Shown piece by piece: positions 12,440 through 25,490 of a DNA stretch of 64,000 nucleotides. The DNA is from Octopus sinensis (Eukaryota). The notes under the pieces are model-generated. The model made no database searches. It had not been told where the DNA came from and saw only the letters and a list, made by a program, of their open reading frames with translations. A program made the translations under genes and the position numbers. Position 1 is the first letter of the stretch, and the number at the start of each line of letters is the position of its first letter. Location of the stretch: assembly GCF_006345805.1 (NCBI RefSeq), contig NC_043012.1, positions 35,588,001-35,652,000 on the forward strand, read 5' to 3'.

Positions 12440-13335
12440 ATGTGTGTATGTATGTGTGTATGTATGTATATGTATGTGTGTGTATGTATGTATATATGTA
12501 TGTGTATGTGTGTGTATGTATGTATGTATGTGTGTATGTATGTGTGTGTGTATATGTATGTGTGCATGTATGTATATATGTATATGTATGTGTGTATGTA
12601 TGTATATATGTATGTGTGTATGTATGTATATATGTATGTGTGTATGTATGTGTGTATGTATGTATATGTATGTGTATGTGTGTATGTATGTATATATGTA
12701 TGCATGTATGTATATATGTATATGTATGTGTGTATGTATGTATATATGTATGTGTGTATGTATGTGTGTATGTATATGTATGTATGTGTATGTATATGTA
12801 TGTGTATATGTATGTGTGCATGTATGTATATATGTATATGTATGTGTGTATGTATGTATATATGTATGTGTTGTATGTATGTATATGTATGTGTGTATGT
12901 ATGTATATATGTATGTGTGTATGTATGTATGTATATATGTATGTGTGTATGTATGTGTGTATGTATGTACGTATGTGTGTATGTATGTGTGTATGTATAT
13001 GTATGTATGTGTATATGTATGTGTGTATGTATGTATATATGTATGTGTCTATGTATGTGTGTATGTATATGTATGTATGTGTATATGTATGTGTGTATGT
13101 ATGTATATATGTATGTGTCTATGTATGTGTGTATGTATATGTATGTATGTGTATATGTATGTGCGTATGTATGTATATATGTATGTGTGTATGTATGTGT
13201 CTATGTATATGTGTATGTATATGTATGTATGTGTATATGTATGTGGGTATGTATGTATATATGTATGTGTGTATGTATGTGTGTATGTATGCATGTATGT
13301 ATATGTGTGTATGTACGTGTGTGTGTATGTGTATT
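12440..13335. repeat. About 0.9-kb compound (TATG)n/(TG)n/(TA)n microsatellite
   Basis: Direct inspection; source of the 306-344 aa MYVC ORFs. Confidence 0.95.
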
Positions 13336-13609
13336 ACACAATACCATAACTGCATTAGATGAGCTCATCACTATAGTCATCATCATCATTTCAACCATCA
13401 TCACCATCTTCATAAACAAGCATCATCATCATCATCATCACCACCACCACCACCACCACCACTACAAGCATTAACCTCACAATCACCAACTTCCTAAACC
13501 ACCACCACCACCATCACCCCCAACCATCATCAGGAGATAAATCCAATCTTCCAGCTGTGACCATCTGGTTTGTTCTAGTTCCTTTATTTATATTCAGAGG
13601 TAGTGTGGG

Positions 13610-13815
13610 TAGTGGTTGGCGTGTGTGGGTTGTTGTTTAACCCCAGGTCTATTCTGATCTCACAAACCTCTTGACCAATGACTTCCATCATCATCATCAT
13701 CAGCATCATGCCTTTCTCCAGTCATAATGTCTTTAGGATTAAATAATGCAAAACATCCTTCATTTTCTAAAGTGATAGGATGTGATTTGAGGGAGATTTG
13801 AATAGTATTTCTAGC
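13610..13815 (-). mobile_element. Family D retroelement 3' end with (AAC)n tail; other copies near 38640-38830, 42630-42790, 50595-50810 and 63055-63170
   Basis: Shared GCTAGAAATA...CAAATCTCCCTCAAATCACA...GACCTGGGGTTAAACAACAAC sequence. Confidence 0.55.
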
Positions 13816-14136
13816 TAATCAAGTGGCTGCCAAGAGGGGGCTCGGCGTTGGGTCACAGACATGTGCTTCTTTTGCATCCGTGTGTATGGCTGAGTGTACT
13901 TGTGAGAATATATGTGTGTGTGTGCATAAACACACATATACATACATACATATAATATAATATAATATAATATAAAGTAATATAATATACACACACACCC
14001 ATATACATGCAGATAGATAGAAAGAAAAACAGACTTGTAAACAATAATGAAATAGATGTATGTATATATATATAGATATATATGTATGTACATACATATA
14101 TACATGCATGTATGTGTGTGTGTGTGTGTGTACATG

Positions 14137-14176
<40 letters not shown>

Positions 14177-14366
14177 TGCATTGATGAGTGCCAACGCACG
14201 AAACGCTCGGACCTTGAATCACTCTGTTACTTCTAAATATTAATAAAAATATATATATATATTGCATTATGTATTATGTATGTGCATATATATTTATATG
14301 TGCATATATATTATAAATGTATGTGTATGCATATGTGTGTGCATATATGTATACATACATACATAC

Positions 14367-14409
<43 letters not shown>

Positions 14410-14428
14410 CATACATATATAAATATAT

Positions 14429-14461
<33 letters not shown>

Positions 14462-15037
14462 TACACACACACATTTATATGCATAAAGAGAGCCAGAATG
14501 AGAGATTATTTTAATGATCAACATCCTGAATGTGTCTCTCGCAGAGTGAAGTAGTTATTGGGAAGTAAAACACAAAAACTATGTGGCATTTCTCCAGAAG
14601 AGGAAGAAATTCTGATGGAACGATGATAACCAATTCTTCAACGGCTCTTCCCTCTTCCCTCTCTTCACCTCCTTAACCAAAAATTCTCTCTGTTTCCCAT
14701 TGTCTGCTGGTTAAGCCACTGTCTAGTGATGTTTCTTTCGACGAGGAGAATGTCCGTTTTCGGTCTTACCTAATTCTTAATCTTCTGGTTTGCCTGTAAG
14801 TGCGCCGAGCTATGGAAATTTCTATGACACTGAAGAATGGACCTCTTCTACTTATTCTATTGCTGTAAAAGTCTCACATTCTTGGAATTTGCCAGTTCTG
14901 GTTCTTACAAGCTTATAGACTCTAAATGAAATGCTAAGTTATTTTTATATTTTATTTTATTTTACTTTATTCTTTTTTTTTTTAATAAAATATTACAGGA
15001 AGTTGCCTTTTGCCGAGTTGATTGCGAAAGTCAAGGT

Positions 15038-15060
15038 GGGCGGCATTGGATTGTAATTGG
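15038..15060 (-). promoter_or_regulatory. Putative promoter: GC box plus two CCAAT boxes
   Basis: GGGCGG (15038-43) and ATTGG (15045-49, 15056-60) beside a unique CpG-containing stretch. A minus-strand donor AG|GTAAGA lies at 14770. Confidence 0.3.
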
Positions 15061-15384
15061 TAAGGGTTAGGGAATGGGAGGGTGGGGTTTTGTTGAGGTG
15101 TGGTGGCGGCAGTGGTGTCGAATGGCAGGGGAGGGTGAGGGTTTAGTTCAATGGTTATTTAGGCATTGGTTGTCCCCCACCCCACTCCACCCCACTCCAC
15201 CCCACCCTAACCTTTCCATGATGAAAAGCAATATTTTAGCTTTGGCTGAATGTGGTGGGGCAGAACCCACAAATAGGTTGTCTAGACTCTTTTGCCAAAA
15301 CTGAAAAATAGGGATGCTTGGGAAGGGACAGGGGTAGAAGAGGTTTTTCTTTTTTTTTAACTTTTATAAATATAATTTTATTTC

Positions 15385-15820
15385 ATAGTTTGGCAGAATC
15401 AGTAGAGCATCGGAAAAAATGATTTGTGTTATTTCTTCTGGCTCTTTAGATTCTGAGTTCAAATCCTGCTGATGTCAACTTTGCCTTTCATCCTTTCAAG
15501 GTTGATAAAATAAAATACTAGTCATTTGTAAGGGTCGATGGAATCAACTTACCCCTTTCCTCAGAATTGCAGTCTTCTTTCTCCTTCAATCAGAAACCAT
15601 TATTTAATTGGAAGGCAGCGAGCCGGCAGAATCATTATCATGCAGGGGAAAATGGTTAGCGGAATTTCATCAATTTTTATGTTCTGAGTCCAAATTCCAC
15701 CGAAATCGACTTTGCATTTCATCATTCCAGGGTCAATAAAATAAGGGCCAGGGTTGTTGTAATCGACTTAAGCCCTTCCCCAAACTTGCTGGCCTGGCGC
15801 CAAAATTTGAAACCATTGTT
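15385..15820 (+). mobile_element. Two tandem family B SINEs
   Basis: Two TGGCAGAATC...CTGAGT(T/C)CAAAT(T)CC heads, each followed by the CTTTCATC...GATAAAATAA body. Confidence 0.7.
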
Positions 15821-15949
15821 TATTTTCAGCAGTTGGTCATAATTTTTGGTGACCTCAGCACTCAACATGGTGAAGTTGCTGCTCAGTTTAAATATCCGTA
15901 GGCTGATGACATCATCAAGGTTCATGGCCACCTAGTGTCCATAAGCTTT

Positions 15950-16240
15950 ATCATCATCATTTTTACCATCCTCCTTGTCATCATCACTGTCGTCATTGTC
16001 ATCATCATCATCATTTAGGTTCTGTTTTCCATACTGGCATGGGTTGAATGGTTTAACAGCATCTCGTAAACCAGAGGACTGTGTCAAACTCCAATATGTA
16101 TGTTGTTGGGTTTTCTATAGCTCAAAGCCCTTCATAAGAGCAACCACATTACAGAGTGCACTGGGTGTTTTTTTTATGGCACCAGCACCACTGAGGTCAT
16201 CAAGTATTTCACAATCAAAGGCCCCTCAATTGAGATGGAG
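15950..16240 (-). mobile_element. Decayed family A copy
   Basis: (CAT)n tail then TTTTCCATACTGGCATGGGTTG. Confidence 0.5.
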
Positions 16241-16605
16241 GAGCATAGTCTTCATGGATTTGTGCCAAACATTAAGAAACAAAAATATGATAAAGGGATA
16301 GGAACCGGTGTTTTGTTGCAGAGGAGACTTCAGGTCTTTGATGGAGTTGTAGGGGTGCTATTATGGTAAACAGCAAATCTTGGGAACCTTTAGATCTGGT
16401 CAGTTCTGACCACTTCTCTCCAGAAGTGAGGAAGTCAAACAGACTGGACAAGAAAAGGATAAACTGACCTGGGGGTAAAGGATTGATAGTTTATTTATTG
16501 ACCTTGAAAGGATGAAAGCATTGATGAGATTTGAACACAAAGCATAGAGGATTGGAACGTTTATTGCAAAGCAATCTATCAATCTATTTGATACATTAAC
16601 AAATG

Positions 16606-16643
<38 letters not shown>

Positions 16644-16990
16644 GTGTGTGTGTGTGTGTGTGTGGTTATATGTACATGGAGAGTGGATGTCAAATGACAA
16701 TAATAATAATGTTGATGATGTATGTGTGTGTGTTTATAAATATATAGGGAGAGAAAGAGTAGACAGACAGATGAATAGACAGATAAGTACACCTACCAAA
16801 AAATACCTACAAATATAATTAGGTAATATACTTAAGATGGCACAAGAGCCTGTTTCTCTGCAGTTTCTACGACAAGTCACTGTTTCTTCAAACAAGTTAG
16901 TCTGCTAGACCGCTGGATCCATTGAAATAAAACTACATTTCTATTCAGTATACTTTCCCTGGAACCAAATATCAGATACTTACATGCATG

Positions 16991-17849
16991 CAGGGTGCTG
17001 GGCTAAAATTGATCAGCTTTTTACATTTCCTGTGTCTCAGGATAGCTTCATGTATTGGTGAACAGTCAATTGCGTTGGAGAGCATAAAGATTAAAGATGT
17101 AGTTCAGAAAAAGTCAGGTGAGATGGAGGACTGGAAGCCATCAGAATATTGGAAAAGAGTTACCTGTATCATGAAGATTTGCACCAGGTATCAAAATGAC
17201 GACATCAAAGACTGAGGCTCAGTGCTGTGTGAACGCAGGAAAGGATGTAAGATGTGACATGGACATCACGAAAACCAAGTTTCCCCAAATTGGGATGGTC
17301 TCTGGGTGTGTCTCCAGTGAGGGTGATGCCATGTTGGTCAACATCTTTGAACAGGGCCTTAGGCTCAATTCAGAGGGCTACGTGAGGCTGCTGGAAGTTG
17401 TGGTCATGGCTGAAGCGGAAGAGGGTTGTTGTTGCAACGCCTCAAGCTCCTTGACACACCTCCAGAAAGAGTCAGAAGTGGTTATCAGCCCCCAATTTCT
17501 GGTCCCTTAATTCCCTTGATTGCAATCCCATGGATCAACTATGTGTAGGGCATGGTCAAGAGACACCAACTGCTCTACCTGCAACACCAAAGCCAAGCTG
17601 GTGGCCAAGATTCAGAAGGTTCCAAAGATCTTCTCAGGGACACAGTGAGGAGTTCACACACACCAAGTTCTGGAACTGTCTTGAAGCTGTGGTGGAATCT
17701 GAGGGCAACAACTTTGAATAAACTGTTATCTCCCAGCCATAATCCGGTTTTAATATTTTTGGATTTTTAAAAATACTTTTTTATTTTGGGATGGATTACT
17801 GTTTTCTTTTCCTTTTATGCAAACTATCAAATTTAACCCAAATACCCAA
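16991..17849 (+). mobile_element. Decayed, internally deleted Tc1/mariner transposon (maT/DD37D-like)
   Basis: Frameshifted peptides TKFPQIGMVSGCVSSEGD...FEQGLRLNSEGYV, NSLDCNPMD and LEAVVESEGNNFE*. Degenerate TIRs CAGGGTGCTGGGCTAAAATTGAT / ATCAAATTTAACCCAAATACCCAA. Confidence 0.7.
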
Positions 17850-18455
17850 CACACACACACACACATTTATATATATCCATTTGAGCCCATTTCTCAATGC
17901 TAGAGTTGGATAGGGACTGATCTGAGGCAATATTTTTACAGCTGATTGCTCTTCTCATCACAAACCCTTGACTGTTTTTTAAGTAAAGGATTTTTTTTAA
18001 TTCCGGAACATTTCAAAGTGCAAAACAATTGATTGCCATGTCAACTAGGAGAGACAATGTCACCATTGTTTTGCTCATTTACACACACACACACAAAAGA
18101 AATCTAGGTTTATATATATATATACATCTATTTGTTGTCTATATATAGATGTATGTAAGTATATACACATACATGACTGTATATATATTATATTATATTT
18201 ATCATTCTTTTTATAATTTTTGGAAAAAAAAATTATATATATATATATTATATATTATTTTAATTATATTTATATTATTTGTTATTTATGTATTGGTTTA
18301 TGTCTATCACTGTTTGAGTTGCCTAATGGTGGTTTTATCTCTATTTTATATTTTATATATATATATACTCATGTATGTATGTGTATATACTTACATACAT
18401 CTATTTGTTGTCTATATATATATAGATGTATGTAAGTTTATACCCATACATACAT

Positions 18456-18493
<38 letters not shown>

Positions 18494-18979
18494 GTCTGGC
18501 TGGCTCTGTATAAGTATGCACACACACACACATACACACATATCTATATATCTATAACCATTTCTAAATATATACCTAAGTATACATACACACATACACA
18601 CTCATGTACAATTAATAGAGTAGGCTTTTCTTTATAAATTATTTCCATTTTTAAAAAAGTTTATCAAAATGTAAGAAAATAACTGAAGAATTAACAGAGT
18701 TTATAGTAATTCTTCAATTACCTTGCGAAATTGATAAACTGTTTTTTGATGAAAGAAGTTAGCTGTGTTTATATGTATGTATGTATGTATGTGTGTATGT
18801 ATATATATATATTGTGTGTGTGTAATTATATATACCGTGCTGGTGCCACAAATGGATGGAAGCCATAGAAATTGAATATAGAGAGAATGTTTCTCAACGT
18901 ATTGCAATATATGCAAAGCAACCAATGTTGCCTGTTTTGTTTGAGGTGGAATGAGACGAGAGAAAAACATAAAGAGATG

Positions 18980-19025
<46 letters not shown>

Positions 19026-19029
19026 CTAC

Positions 19030-19087
19030 CTCTGGCTTCCATATTGCTGATATAGAGCTTGAGTTTACTTTGCCTCTGTTTTTCCAT
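19030..19087 (-). CDS. Coding part of putative start-codon exon (whole exon 19124-19030); MEKQRQSKLKLYISNMEAR
   Basis: Acceptor TTCTTATTCTTTTCTTCAG; donor CAGAG|GTAGGT; ATG in ACGATGG context with an upstream in-frame stop; ends in phase 1. An alternative open frame (MQKASN...WKPE) exists. Confidence 0.5.
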
Positions 19088-19839
19088 CGTCTTGGTAAGA
19101 TTTTATTTGAAGCTTTTTGCATAGCTGAAGAAAAGAATAAGAAATATATTCACTGACAGAGAATCAAATCACTTTTCTGCTGCAGGGGGCAAGAAGGGGC
19201 AATGTTTAACTTGAGGGGAGAACTTTCCAAACTGCTTCCCTTTGTCTTCAAATCTGTTGTGAAACCCCACATCTCAAACAGTTTGATCTCTGTTCGTTTT
19301 TGGGGGTGAAATATTTTATAGATTTATGAGATTAACCACATGGAGTGCCTCGTTTCATGTGGGAGCAGGGTGCTTACTTCTTGTCCATTGATAGCTATAT
19401 GTCTGTGACTATGGATGAAAACTGAGGAAGTCTGGAGGTCCCAGGTTCAATCCTGTTACATGGCGGTTTGGGCAAATGTTATTTTCTAGAGTCTTGGGTC
19501 ACCCCCATACACTGTGAGTGTAGATGGAGAAATGGAAACTGTAGAGAATCCTTTCATGCAGATTGTACGTGCAGCCTTGTCACATACAGTGTCATTCTGA
19601 TTCGGGTTGAGGATTATGTAAAGGGTAGACATATCAATGGAATACTCAGCCAGTTATACATTGATTCAGAAGCAGGTAATTCACCTGACTAAACAATTAA
19701 ATACTTGTCTTGAAATGAGAGAGAACCACCACCACCACCACCACAACCACCACAACCACCACACCTCTAATTGTACAAATGCCTGTGTCAAGCTTCTTGG
19801 CAAATGTGCCCCAGGATAATGAAAAGATCATGTAAAATA

Positions 19840-20240
19840 TGAGAGGTGTGGCTATGTGGTAAGAAGTTTGCTTCCCAACCACATGGTTCTGGGTTCAGTC
19901 CCACTATGTGGCACCTTGGGCAAGTGTCTTCTTCTATACCCTTGGACCCAAAGCCTTGTGTGTGGATTTGGTAGGTGGAAAATGAAAAGAAGCCTGTCAT
20001 TTGTGTGCATGTGAGTGTATGTATGTATGTGTACGTCTTGATATCTGTGTTTATCTCCCCTACCACCACCATTTGACAGCCGGTGTTGGTGTGTTTATGT
20101 GCCCATAACCTAGCGGTTCAGCAAATGGGACTGACAGAATAAGTACCAGACTTAAAAAAAAAAAAACTAAGTAGTGGGGACAATTCATTTGACTAAAAAT
20201 TCTTCAAGGTGGTGCCCCAGCATGGCCACAATCTAACAAG
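19840..20240 (+). mobile_element. Family C CORE-like SINE
   Basis: GGTGTGGCTATGTGGTAAG head, GGCACCTTGGGCAAGTGTCTT, GGTGCCCCAGCATGGCCAC end. Confidence 0.7.
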
Positions 20241-20519
20241 TCAAAGAGAGAAGACATAGCAACTGATAATGAACAGAATTCAAATATAATGGATTAACGA
20301 TGATGGACCATGATCAAATTTGGTTCTATTTCATAAGCACAGCTCAAATATGGCTAGAGTTGAACTATGGTACATAATGATGACCAGAAATCAAATATTG
20401 TATCTATTAATGAACAGGGATCAAATAGGGTTCGTATTTACGAACAGAGATCATTTGAGGTATATAATGTTGAACAGGGATCAAATACAGTTCTATATTT
20501 AAGAGATGAGGAATTATGT

Positions 20520-20670
20520 ACATTATATAAATTATCTACATTTGACGGATATTTGTCCTCATCTTGTTTGTTGTTAACACGTTACAATTGATATACCCTG
20601 CAGCCTTCATCAGGTGTCTTGGAGAAATTTCAAACCTGGGTTCTCATTCCTAAGGTATTTTTCAATGTTA
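20520..20670 (-). mobile_element. Penelope-like terminal fragment with decayed hammerhead-like motif
   Basis: Minus strand GACAC-CTGATGA-AGGCTG...GTAAC-GTGTT; GACAC/GTGTT can form stem I. Confidence 0.35.
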
Positions 20671-20711
20671 ATATTATTATTATTATTATTATTGTTATTA
20701 TTATTATTGTT

Positions 20712-21060
20712 TCCCTGGGCATGGATTCACTGAAGCTCCGGCGTCTGGCGACGGACTTGGTAAACTCCCACAAAGTTATCAACCACCTCACCAACAACAC
20801 TGAACACCTTTTTGATCTCCATGTGTCTAACACACGTGGACATGCCTACAAAGTCAGAAAACAACACAGCTCCCATGACTTTCGGAAACATTTTTTCACG
20901 CTCAGAGTTGCTGAAGCATGGAATAAACTGCCTGCGTCAGTTGTTGACTGCCATGACACTGCATCCTTTAAGGCCCTCATGCTTTCCGAAATCCGCCGAA
21001 ACTACACCTGATTATATATACACTTTAGATGAGTTGTAGTGCACCTGAGCACTGTACACA

Positions 21061-21110
<50 letters not shown>

Positions 21111-21122
21111 CATTATTATTAT
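20712..21122 (+). mobile_element. CR1-clade LINE 3' end with (ATT)n tail
   Basis: LRRLATDL...TRGHAYKVRKQ...FFTLRVAEAWNKLPASVVD...FK is the canonical CR1 ORF2 C-terminus. Confidence 0.85.
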
Positions 21123-22508
21123 TCAGGTCAATGCCTGGAATCGAACTCGGATCAAATGGGCTACATAAATTTTGCTGAATAAAGATCAAATATGGAAACT
21201 TTTGATAAACTGAGATCAACTATGTTAAATAACAAATGTACAGAGATCAAATATAATACATATTGATAGAATGGGGATAAATATAGCATATATTGGTGAA
21301 AAGAAGTCAGATATGATATATATTTACATATGCTCATACTATGATATATTATTACATAACAAATGTATTATCTAATAATGGACAGAGATCAAATATGGCA
21401 TATAATGATGAACAGGGTAAATACAGGATGTATTGATAAACAGAAATGAAATATTTCAAATGTTGGTGAAGAGAGAGATCATCAAATATGATATGTATTT
21501 ATGGATAGGATTAAATGTGGTCTATGATGGAAGACAAGGGTCAAATGATAAATATTGATCAACAGAAAATTGAATATGTCACACGTTGGTAAAGGGAGCT
21601 CAGTCAAACAAATTACATGTTGGTAGACAGGGATCAAATATGCAACATAACATAACTGAAAAAGGGATTAAATCTGATAATAAGTATTAATAAAGAGAAA
21701 TCAAATCTAGGGGTCATTTTGATGACCAGGGATTAAATATGGCAAGGAAACAAAGAGGATTGTTTTTTTTTATTTTCCTTTAAAAGTTGTTTTTCTTTCG
21801 TTACTTTTTTGTTGTTTGATCCCTCCTAAAATGGAGTGGAGGGTGTAAGATTTTGACCTGAAGTGTAAAGGGTCAAACACCACCACCATCACCACCACTG
21901 CCACCACCATCAATAGCAATAATAGTAACATCTTTGTAACAACAAAAATAAAAATATATTCACAGCTTCAGCAGCAACAACAACAACAACAACAACAATT
22001 GCTGTGCCATCACAACCACTACCAGGATAACAACAACCACAAGATTACCATCACCACAACCACCACCATCAACAATAATGATAGCCATGCTAGTATAATC
22101 ACTACCAGAATACCAACAACAGCCATACCACCACTACCACCACCACCACCGCTGCTACTGCCACCACCACCACTGCAGCTGCCACCACCGCTACCACCAA
22201 TCACTGCCACAACCACCACCACCACCACCATCACCTCCACCACCACCACCACCACCATCACTGCTGCCACTGCTACTGCCACCACCATCACTGCCAGTAC
22301 CACCTCTATCATGGCAATAACAACACCTACCACTGCTGCTCTTACTACAATAACAACAACAACAGCAACAAGACCAAATTCAATGTAAACAAACCAAAGT
22401 AGGGGTATGCATAAGGGGAGGAGTGGTTGGATGGGTAGAAAGGGGTGGAGGGCAGACAACAGTGGAGGTCATGGTTGGACGGGTGGATGTGTGGAGAGCA
22501 GACAAGTG

Positions 22509-23595
22509 GAAGGCGTAGGTGGAGCAGAGAACAGACAGCGGTGAAGAGAGTAAGGTTGAAAGGTAGCTGGGGTGGATAGCAGACAGCAGTGGAGGTCGTG
22601 GGTGGGATGGCGAGCAGACAACAGTAAGTATTTATTCCAAACATTTTCCCAATTAAAATATCAAAATATAAACATGTTACTATTCTCCACCCACCCCCAC
22701 ATCTCCGTCACCTCCTTCTTCTTCTCTCCTCCTCCTGCCTCCTTTTTATTTGTTTTGTTGCTTTTTTTTGTAGCAGTAACAACAACAACAACAAAAACAC
22801 CATAAACAACATCATAAACAACAACAAAAACACCATAAACAATAACAACAAGAACAACAACAGCAACAATGAAATCATCATAAACAACAGCTACACCAAC
22901 AATCACAACAACAGCAAAAACAACAACAACAGCAGCAGCAGCAGCAGCAGTAGCATCGGCAGCAGCAGGCTGAGCCGACTTATCTCAAATGTCTTTGAAA
23001 GAACCAGAAAAGAGATAAGAACGGTTCATAGAGTTTCAGGAGAAAAAATACAAAAAACTCAGAGAAGTTTGTTTTGTCTCTGTTCATGTGAACGATCTCT
23101 TTTGTCTTGGACCGACCGATTCCAATCTTGCAGCAGAGTTTCAGGTTCTCTTATTTATTTATTTTAGAGAAAGCAGCAAATTTGGCAAAGTTGTTCCAGC
23201 ATTAGAAAGAATGCATCGGCGGGATATTTGGATTGACTCTTGCTGTTGCAAGTTCAAATCCTGCTGAGGTCTAACCTTATCTTTCGTCCCTTTTAGAGTC
23301 AATGAGAAAAAAAAAAAACAAAAGTTGCAATCCAGGTGGGTGGAACCGTTGGTGGGGGTCCAGAAAGATACCTTGTGGTATTTGTTCTGATAATAACAAC
23401 TGTTGTGACACTGCCATGCAGGGCCAGATTAAGACCCATTGAGGCCCTAAGCACTTGAAAGAATTTGGCGCCCATGGGGAAGGTGTAGGTGGAGCAGAGA
23501 ACAAGTGGTGAAGAGAGTAAGGTTGAAAGGTAGCTGGGGTGGATAGCAGACAGCAGTGGAGGTCGTGGGTGGGATGGCGAGCAGACAACAGTAAG
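22509..23595 (+). repeat. Dispersed direct duplication of about 118 bp (22509-22628 and 23479-23595)
   Basis: Near-identical GAAGG.GTAGGTGGAGCAGAGAACA...GAGCAGACAACAGTAAG. The second copy follows a hAT-like end CAGGGCCAGATT at 23419. Confidence 0.8.
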
Positions 23596-24334
23596 CATTT
23601 GAATTAGATAAAAGATTATGCAATTCAAAATATAAACAATAACAAACCATAAAATAAATTCTTATTTTTCAAAACGAAACAAAACAAAATAAGAGGGAAA
23701 ATAATGTTTATTTTTGTCTGCTTCTACTTTATTTAGATTTGAAAAGTTTTCTCCTACTTTTTGGAATTGCAAAGTCTTTGATCAGATCCTCAAAATTAAT
23801 CTTAGGTAACACATCTGCATCTATACTCAGTAGAGAAAAAGGCATCCCGAATATTATTTTAGCAAGTTTAAAGTGATTTTTATTTGTGCCGTCAACCATT
23901 TACTATTTCTGTGGTTCTCCCCTCCTTCCCTTTATGCCCTAAGCATGTACTTATTTTGCTTAATGCTTAATCCAGCACTGCTGGTGGCCATAAGGATGAT
24001 TGATGTTGATGACAATGGTAGTGACAATAACAACAATAATAATGAGGAGGAGGAGGAAGACAACAGTGGTGGTAATAGAGGTAGTGATGATGATGATGAT
24101 ACTAAAGTCCTTGAGGCAAGCATTAGGGACATTGCACATTAATTTTTCTCCTTTCCCACCTACCTCCATATCCACCTATCTGAGATGCTCAACTTTGATA
24201 GGAACTGACCCTCTGCTCCTCTTCTCCAAAAAGAAAACCCCTCTTAATTGATTGACACAGTCATTCACCAACCCCTAATCCACAGAAGTACAATGTCCCC
24301 TCTCTCTATCCTGCCTACAGATACTACAGTGGCT

Positions 24335-24590
24335 TCTGCTCTTATGAACAGGTTGATTTTCTTATTTCTTTACTGCCCACAAGGAGCTACACACAGAGGG
24401 GATAAACAAGGACAGACAAAAGGATTAAGTTGATTACATTGAACCCAGTGCATAACTGGTACTTAATATATCAACCCCAAAAAGATGAAAGGCAAAGTTG
24501 ACCTTGGCAGAATTTGAACTCAGAACATAACAGCAGATGAAATACAGCTAAGCATCTTGCTTGGCGTGCTAACGTTTCTGTCGGCTCTGA
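24335..24590 (-). mobile_element. Family B SINE
   Basis: GATGAAAGGCAAAGTTGACCTTGGCAGAATTTGAACTCAG is the reverse complement of the family B body. Confidence 0.75.
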
Positions 24591-24619
24591 TTTTCTCTCA
24601 CCTTAGTCACACACCTCTC

Positions 24620-25030
24620 CTCCATCCACAACTCTTAGACACTGCGCTATCCATGACACCCCATTCTCCCACCCTAAAATATTGTCCTTCAGGCATTAAT
24701 TCCCTGCTCAAGTTTTTCCTTCAGCTGTCAACTTGCAAGTTTTGAAGAAGAACACTGACCCCCATCCATTGCACCAGTTGTGGTGAACCTGCAAAGCCCA
24801 AAAGTACAGCTGTACTCGTGGCCTTTGCAGGTCAGCCACAGGAACACTTTTTGATTCTTAATGAGTTCTTCACTGTTGTTGTTCAACCCCGGGTCAGCTC
24901 CGATCCAACAAACTCTGCTACTGTTGAAGCAGTGACCATTCTGCTTTTTATTCAAAATACAGAGCAGCTAGGGCCACACCATGTACAATGTCTTTTGGGG
25001 GTCGAAGAGAGGACAGTAGGGACGAGTGTG
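24620..25030 (-). mobile_element. Possible decayed L1/Tx1-like ORF2 C-terminal fragment
   Basis: Broken frames give YCPLFDPQKTLY (degenerate Cys/His-like motif) and KVFLWL. Weak similarity judged by eye. Confidence 0.25.
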
Positions 25031-25069
25031 TGATTTAAGGAAGAATCTGGTTGTTATTTCTAGTAACCA

Positions 25070-25490
25070 CTTACAGGTGCCCTCGCTGGTTCGTTATTGT
25101 TGTTGTTTACGATGTTGTTATTGCTGTTGATGTTGAGCGAAGCGGTCTTCTGTAGTGAGAGAGTCCAAAACGTGGTCCTTTGCTATTCGTAAGACCCGCA
25201 GAAGAGAAAGCAGGTCAACCCCTGACACCAAGAGCATCGATGGATGGATGAATGCGCATCCGGGCTCAGCGGTTGCGTAGGAAATCGGGGACAAGAAACA
25301 GGAAGAAAGACTGAGAGAAAGTTGGGGCGAAAGAGTACAACAGGGGTCGCCACCAGCCCCTGCCGGAGCCTCGTGGAGCTTTAGGTGTTTTCACTCAATA
25401 AACGCACACAACGCCCGGTCTGAGAATCGAAACCGTGATCCTCCGACCGCGAGTCTGCTGCCCTAACCATTGGGCCATTGCGCCCAATGG
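25070..25490 (-). mobile_element. tRNA-derived SINE (Arg-like head), family F, tail type 1
   Basis: Head GCAATGGCCCAATGGTTAGGGCAGCAGACTCGCGG...GGTTTCGATTCTC with A and B boxes, followed by a non-tRNA body. Confidence 0.75.

Larger units (their letters stand above)
20270..21740. repeat. Degenerate 30-bp minisatellite (GATGAACAGGGATCAAATATGG...) interrupted at about 20515-21150
   Basis: AACAG(G/A)GATCAAATA recurs on both sides of the insertion. The 10-aa periodicity NRDQI in ORF 20320-20502 reflects it. Confidence 0.55.

Noticed and set aside
12367-13474. 306-344 aa ORFs (MYVC repeats)
   Set aside because: Stop-free microsatellite. The same applies to the ORFs over 6727-7563, 39837-40467 and 57172-58174.
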